From contig JAKUPT010000010.1 in assembly GCA_022450595.1 (NCBI GenBank), forward strand, positions 1-60,186: 60,186 nt of DNA, written 5' to 3'. Positions 56,372-60,186 of this stretch are shown here, one piece after another. The stretch comes from Bdellovibrionales bacterium (GTDB taxonomy: Bacteria > Bdellovibrionota > Bdellovibrionia > Bdellovibrionales > UBA1609). The notes under the pieces are model-generated. The model was not told the origin of the DNA. It searched no databases and saw only the letters and a list, made by a program, of their open reading frames with translations. Both the position numbers and the translations under genes were made by a program. The stretch's first letter is position 1. Every line of letters begins with the position of its first letter.

Positions 56372-57565
56372 TTAATAATTAACCCCAAAAAACTTATTTC
56401 TCCAAGCTGTAAATTGGCTTAGGTTTCCTATCATTGTGTAATTTCGGTAAGGGTCTTCATTATATACTTTTAATCTAACAAGGTTATATTCATATATTGA
56501 ATCTATAAAATTAGAATCTTTTAAAAGATAAACCTCTTTTTTGAGATTATCCAAAACATAACTGCCTTGATTAGAATGTACGACCAAGACCATATGTGCC
56601 ACTGAACGCCCGTTGGAATCTACAAATACATATTTAAGACTCATATCGTCTAAATTGAAACCTAAGCTTAAAAGTGTGATCAATTTTGCGTAAGCAAAGT
56701 CCTCACAATCCCCAGCTCTTTTTTCAAGCATTTCAAATGGTGTGGCATGATAATCTTCAACCCCCCAGGTCAACTCATCAGACTGATAAGTGACAACCGA
56801 AAACATGTTGTTAACAGCATTTAAAATATGAAGTTCATTTTTTATACTTATCGTAGAATATAGATTTATCTTATTTAACCAGTATTTAATTACAGGGTTA
56901 TTTTTATTATAACTATTTTTATGGTTATAATATGTGATTTCAAAAATTGAGCTCATTATATAATCAATAAATTGTTTATTTTTTTTATCACTCATGCCGT
57001 AATAATCATTAATATCTTTGACTAATGATAATGACTTCTTCGCATCAAATTTTATCATCAATGAAAGAAGTTTAAAAATAAGTTTCTCACGGTACATAAA
57101 CAGATCATAAATTTGTTTGGCATAATCGTTATAAGCGGTAATCTCTTTATTCACTAATTTTTTTATATCTTTATAAGATATATCATACCAACACCTAATA
57201 GCCCGATAATTTGAATCATCGTAACTTAAACAATGTGCTACTCTTAAGTTATGTTTTTTTGCAAACTGATTAAAATCCCCACGAGAAATTGAAATTTTGT
57301 CTGTAATTTTGTTGATGTTTAAAATAAAATTAGCAATCTCGTTGAAACTCATAACTGGAATATCATAGGTATTTTTAAAATACCAAAATGGTGAGTTGTA
57401 TAGCTTGATTTGACTTTCTGTATGAGGATATAAACTTTGCTTTGGCACTTTTAAAGACTTTAAAGAATTACTTTTCATTAAAGCCTGCGCATTAATATTA
57501 AAAAGTACTATAGATACAATAAATAAAATTTTCCATCTTTTTATTTTAACAGTCATTTTGAACAC
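56372..57565 (-). CDS. Transglutaminase-like cysteine peptidase (BTLCP/LapG-like) with N-terminal extension
   Basis: WGVEDYHATP, GDCEDFAYAK, AHMVL and VLDN (C-H-D triad); signal peptide. Confidence 0.88.
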   Translation of the reverse strand: MFKMTVKIKRWKILFIVSIVLFNINAQALMKSNSLKSLKVPKQSLYPHTESQIKLYNSPFWYFKNTYDIPVMSFNEIANFILNINKITDKISISRGDFNQFAKKHNLRVAHCLSYDDSNYRAIRCWYDISYKDIKKLVNKEITAYNDYAKQIYDLFMYREKLIFKLLSLMIKFDAKKSLSLVKDINDYYGMSDKKNKQFIDYIMSSIFEITYYNHKNSYNKNNPVIKYWLNKINLYSTISIKNELHILNAVNNMFSVVTYQSDELTWGVEDYHATPFEMLEKRAGDCEDFAYAKLITLLSLGFNLDDMSLKYVFVDSNGRSVAHMVLVVHSNQGSYVLDNLKKEVYLLKDSNFIDSIYEYNLVRLKVYNEDPYRNYTMIGNLSQFTAWRNKFFGVNY

Positions 57566-57639
57566 CTTTCAAATAGCTTGACGTTTTTTGTCCTTTTCCC
57601 TTGAAAAGCCTCCCTTTCAGGCCTTTCACGGTATTAAAA

Positions 57640-57655
57640 GGCAATAAACTTGCCA
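57640..57655 (-). promoter_or_regulatory. sigma54-like promoter (palindromic)
   Basis: TGGCAAGTTTATTGCC (GG-N10-GC) upstream of the BTLCP gene. Confidence 0.55.
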
Positions 57656-57672
57656 TTTGCTTGGTGCTTTTA

Positions 57673-59451
57673 TTATTGATGGATTTCTTTTAAAAACAAC
57701 TCTCCATACTTTTCCCACTTACTCTCCCCCACGCCATGAACAAGCAGCATTTGATCTTTATTTTCTGGTTTGATGTAACACATATCCTGTAGTGTTTTAT
57801 CGTTAAAAACGATATAAGGCGGAACCTTGTATTCATCAGCAATAGACTTTCTTAAAACACGTAGCTTTTCAAAAAGCTCTTGATCAATGTCAGTATCAAA
57901 AGTTTTTTTAGATTTTTTAATCACTTTTTGATTCTTTTTAAATGGTTTTAAATAAACTTTGGTTTTGCCCGTTAAAACCGACCTGCAATCTTCAGTAAGA
58001 GACAAGATGTTAAACTCCCAGTCCTTAATGCGAATAAGCCCTTTGACTAACACCTGCCTTAAAATAGCATTCCACTGACTTTTTGAATACTCTTTACCTA
58101 TTCCATGAACGGATAAGCTGTCATGACCTAAATTGACAAGTTTTTCATTTCTAGAGCCCCTTAGCACATCTATGATATGTGTGGGGCCAAACCTCTGTCC
58201 TGTTCGGTAAATGGTCGACAATAGTTTTTGCACATCTTCTGTGGCATCCCATGTCTCTTGAGGCTCCGTGCACACATCACAATAACCACATGGCTCTGGA
58301 TAGTTTTCATTAAAGTACTCAAGTAAGACTTGCCTTCTACACTTTAATGCTTCGCAGAGCCCCAGCATGGCATCTAACTTTTGACGAGCAATTTTTTTAT
58401 ATGCTTCACTAGCCTCAGTCATTTCAAGCATGCTGGCAAGCCTAACAATATCAGACAACCCATACACCATCCAAGCATCAGCCGGTGCTCCATCACGTCC
58501 CGCACGACCGGTTTCTTGATAGTAAGACTCAATGCTTTTAGGCATATCTAAATGGGCCACAAATCGCACATCAGGCCGGTCAATACCCATCCCAAAAGCA
58601 ATTGTAGCCACAACGATTATGTTTTCTTCATAAGTAAACCGGTGTTGGTTCTCGGCTCTTAATTTAGCTGGAAGGCCAGCATGATAACTAACAGCATTGT
58701 AACCCAATCCTTGCAATTGATCGGTAATACGCTCTACTTTTTTTCGACTCAAGCAATAGACAATACCTGTTTGGTTTTCATGATTGTTTTTTATAAACTC
58801 ATCAAGTTGTTTGATTTCATTTTTTTTATCATAAATCATGTATTTAATATTGGGCCGGTCAAAACCTGAAACAAAAAGCTTTGGCTGCTTTAATTCCAAT
58901 TGCTTACAAATATCTTGTTGAGTCTTTTTGTCAGCAGTGGCCGTTAGAGCCATCCATGAGCAGTTGTTAATATGCTGTCTAAGCTGAGGAAGTTTTGTGT
59001 ATTGTGGACGGAACTCATGTCCCCACTGTGATACGCAGTGAGCCTCATCAATGGCCACTAATGACACTTCAATGTTTTTAAGGGTGTTTAAAAAAGAAGA
59101 GTTTAAAAGTCCCTCAGGAGCTACATATAAAATTTTGAGCTCTTTATTTACAAGCTTTTCTTCAATGTCTCTTCTTTGTGCAATCGGAAGACTAGAGTTT
59201 AAGTATTCTGCCGCCACCCCTAAGTCTTTTAAAGTTAATACTTGATCTTGCATTAATGAAATCAAAGGAGATACCACAATAGTTAAACCAGGAAGAGCCA
59301 GCGCTGGCACTTGATAGCAAAGTGATTTACCACCGCCGGTGGGCATTATTCCCAAAACATCTTTTCCGCTCAGTGCTGCATCAATGATTTCTTTTTGAGA
59401 AAGGCGAAAGTCTTTATAACCAAATGTTTCTTTTAAAATTTTATTAAGCAT
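57673..59451 (-). CDS. recQ: ATP-dependent DNA helicase RecQ
   Basis: MPTGGGKS, DEAHCVSQWGHEFRP, QETGRAGRDG, Zn-binding RQC and HRDC domains. Confidence 0.98.
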   Translation of the reverse strand: MLNKILKETFGYKDFRLSQKEIIDAALSGKDVLGIMPTGGGKSLCYQVPALALPGLTIVVSPLISLMQDQVLTLKDLGVAAEYLNSSLPIAQRRDIEEKLVNKELKILYVAPEGLLNSSFLNTLKNIEVSLVAIDEAHCVSQWGHEFRPQYTKLPQLRQHINNCSWMALTATADKKTQQDICKQLELKQPKLFVSGFDRPNIKYMIYDKKNEIKQLDEFIKNNHENQTGIVYCLSRKKVERITDQLQGLGYNAVSYHAGLPAKLRAENQHRFTYEENIIVVATIAFGMGIDRPDVRFVAHLDMPKSIESYYQETGRAGRDGAPADAWMVYGLSDIVRLASMLEMTEASEAYKKIARQKLDAMLGLCEALKCRRQVLLEYFNENYPEPCGYCDVCTEPQETWDATEDVQKLLSTIYRTGQRFGPTHIIDVLRGSRNEKLVNLGHDSLSVHGIGKEYSKSQWNAILRQVLVKGLIRIKDWEFNILSLTEDCRSVLTGKTKVYLKPFKKNQKVIKKSKKTFDTDIDQELFEKLRVLRKSIADEYKVPPYIVFNDKTLQDMCYIKPENKDQMLLVHGVGESKWEKYGELFLKEIHQ

Positions 59452-59557
59452 TAAAGTTCTTTTGCCAACAGATGAGCTTCAAATCAAGTGTATTCCTAGC
59501 AATTTATAACTGATGCTCTGCATTTGCAGCTATTAGTTGAGAGTGCTACCATTAGTC

Positions 59558-60186
59558 ATGTTTAAAATATTAATTCTACTCTCTGTTGCCTTAATTTCAT
59601 GCACAAAAGATCCGAGAACCCTCGAAGACATTCAGAAATCGAATGAGCTTATTATTGGCACAAGAAACTCCCCAACCACCTATTATCAAAACCGTGATGG
59701 CCAATATGTGGGCTTTGAACACGATATGGCCACAGCCTTTGCAAAGCACCTAGGCATTAAGCCTAAGTTTAAAGTCTACGACTCCACTCAACAAATTCTA
59801 GACGCAATAAGGCTTAATAAAATTGATCTAGCTGCAGCTGGCCTTTCTCAAACAGAAACTAGAAAAGAGGAGTTTTTATTTTCAGACAGCTATAAAAGTG
59901 TGGAGCAAAATCTGGTTTGCAGAAAAGGCATTAGAATTAATGAGCCTAGTGATATTAAAAACTATGAGATCATTGTTCCAAAAGGTACAAGCTACATACA
60001 GTCTTTAAACAAATACAAAAAACAAAACAAAGATGTAAGCTGGAAAGTCAAAAAATCTACTTCAACAGTAGAACTATTAAGACAAGTTGGTGAAGAGACT
60101 ATAGACTGCACCGTGGCCGACTCGCCGATCACGGCAATTATTAGGCGCTACTACCCAGACATTTCTATTGTAATGAATGTCGGCCC
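59558..60186 (+). CDS. mltF: Membrane-bound lytic murein transglycosylase MltF-like (N-terminal SBP domain; partial)
   Basis: Not in the ORF track. MFKILILLSVALISC...TRNSPTTYY...GFEHDMA..FA..LG...DLAAAGL, open to the window end. Confidence 0.75.
   Translation, partial: MFKILILLSVALISCTKDPRTLEDIQKSNELIIGTRNSPTTYYQNRDGQYVGFEHDMATAFAKHLGIKPKFKVYDSTQQILDAIRLNKIDLAAAGLSQTETRKEEFLFSDSYKSVEQNLVCRKGIRINEPSDIKNYEIIVPKGTSYIQSLNKYKKQNKDVSWKVKKSTSTVELLRQVGEETIDCTVADSPITAIIRRYYPDISIVMNVG

Noticed and set aside
57566-57672. c-di-GMP (GEMM) riboswitch upstream of the LapG-like gene
   Set aside because: Hairpins are present but the conserved GEMM core was not found; better explained as a sigma54 site plus a terminator-like or UTR stem.

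Overview
An AT-rich bacterial chromosome segment, most likely from a Bdellovibrionota (Oligoflexia-like, possibly predatory) organism. This is an inference from FQNC/FNSC-type lipoboxes, many exported hypothetical proteins and sigma28/sigma54 promoter use. Core blocks are: Leu dehydrogenase-YfgM-like-bamB-apt; hemJ; yceD-rpmF-fabH-fabD-fabG-acpP-fabF with no plsX; rpiB-glyA; metG-SpoU-tsaA; recQ; and a partial mltF. Between them lie accessory genes for exported or surface proteins. The most striking is a two-gene operon (23174-30148) encoding signal-peptide proteins whose domains normally need cytoplasmic NTPs. One has three Clp-type AAA+ modules fused to an FtsH-type HEAGH protease. The other has a CCA/poly(A)-polymerase-like nucleotidyltransferase head plus a possible transglutaminase-like domain. 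Both end in a shared C-x-x-[LM]-F motif. Also notable are a type IV pilin-like protein with a C-terminal Hint (intein-like) domain, two beta-propeller lipoproteins with hypervariable blades, a recurring 17-bp palindrome paired with sigma28 promoters, a divergent HTH/short tyrosine recombinase module with a triple operator, and two degenerate enzymes (PhoD-like and QueD-like). No rRNA, tRNA, CRISPR array or transposase was recognised. All family calls come from motif recognition by eye; no database searches were run.
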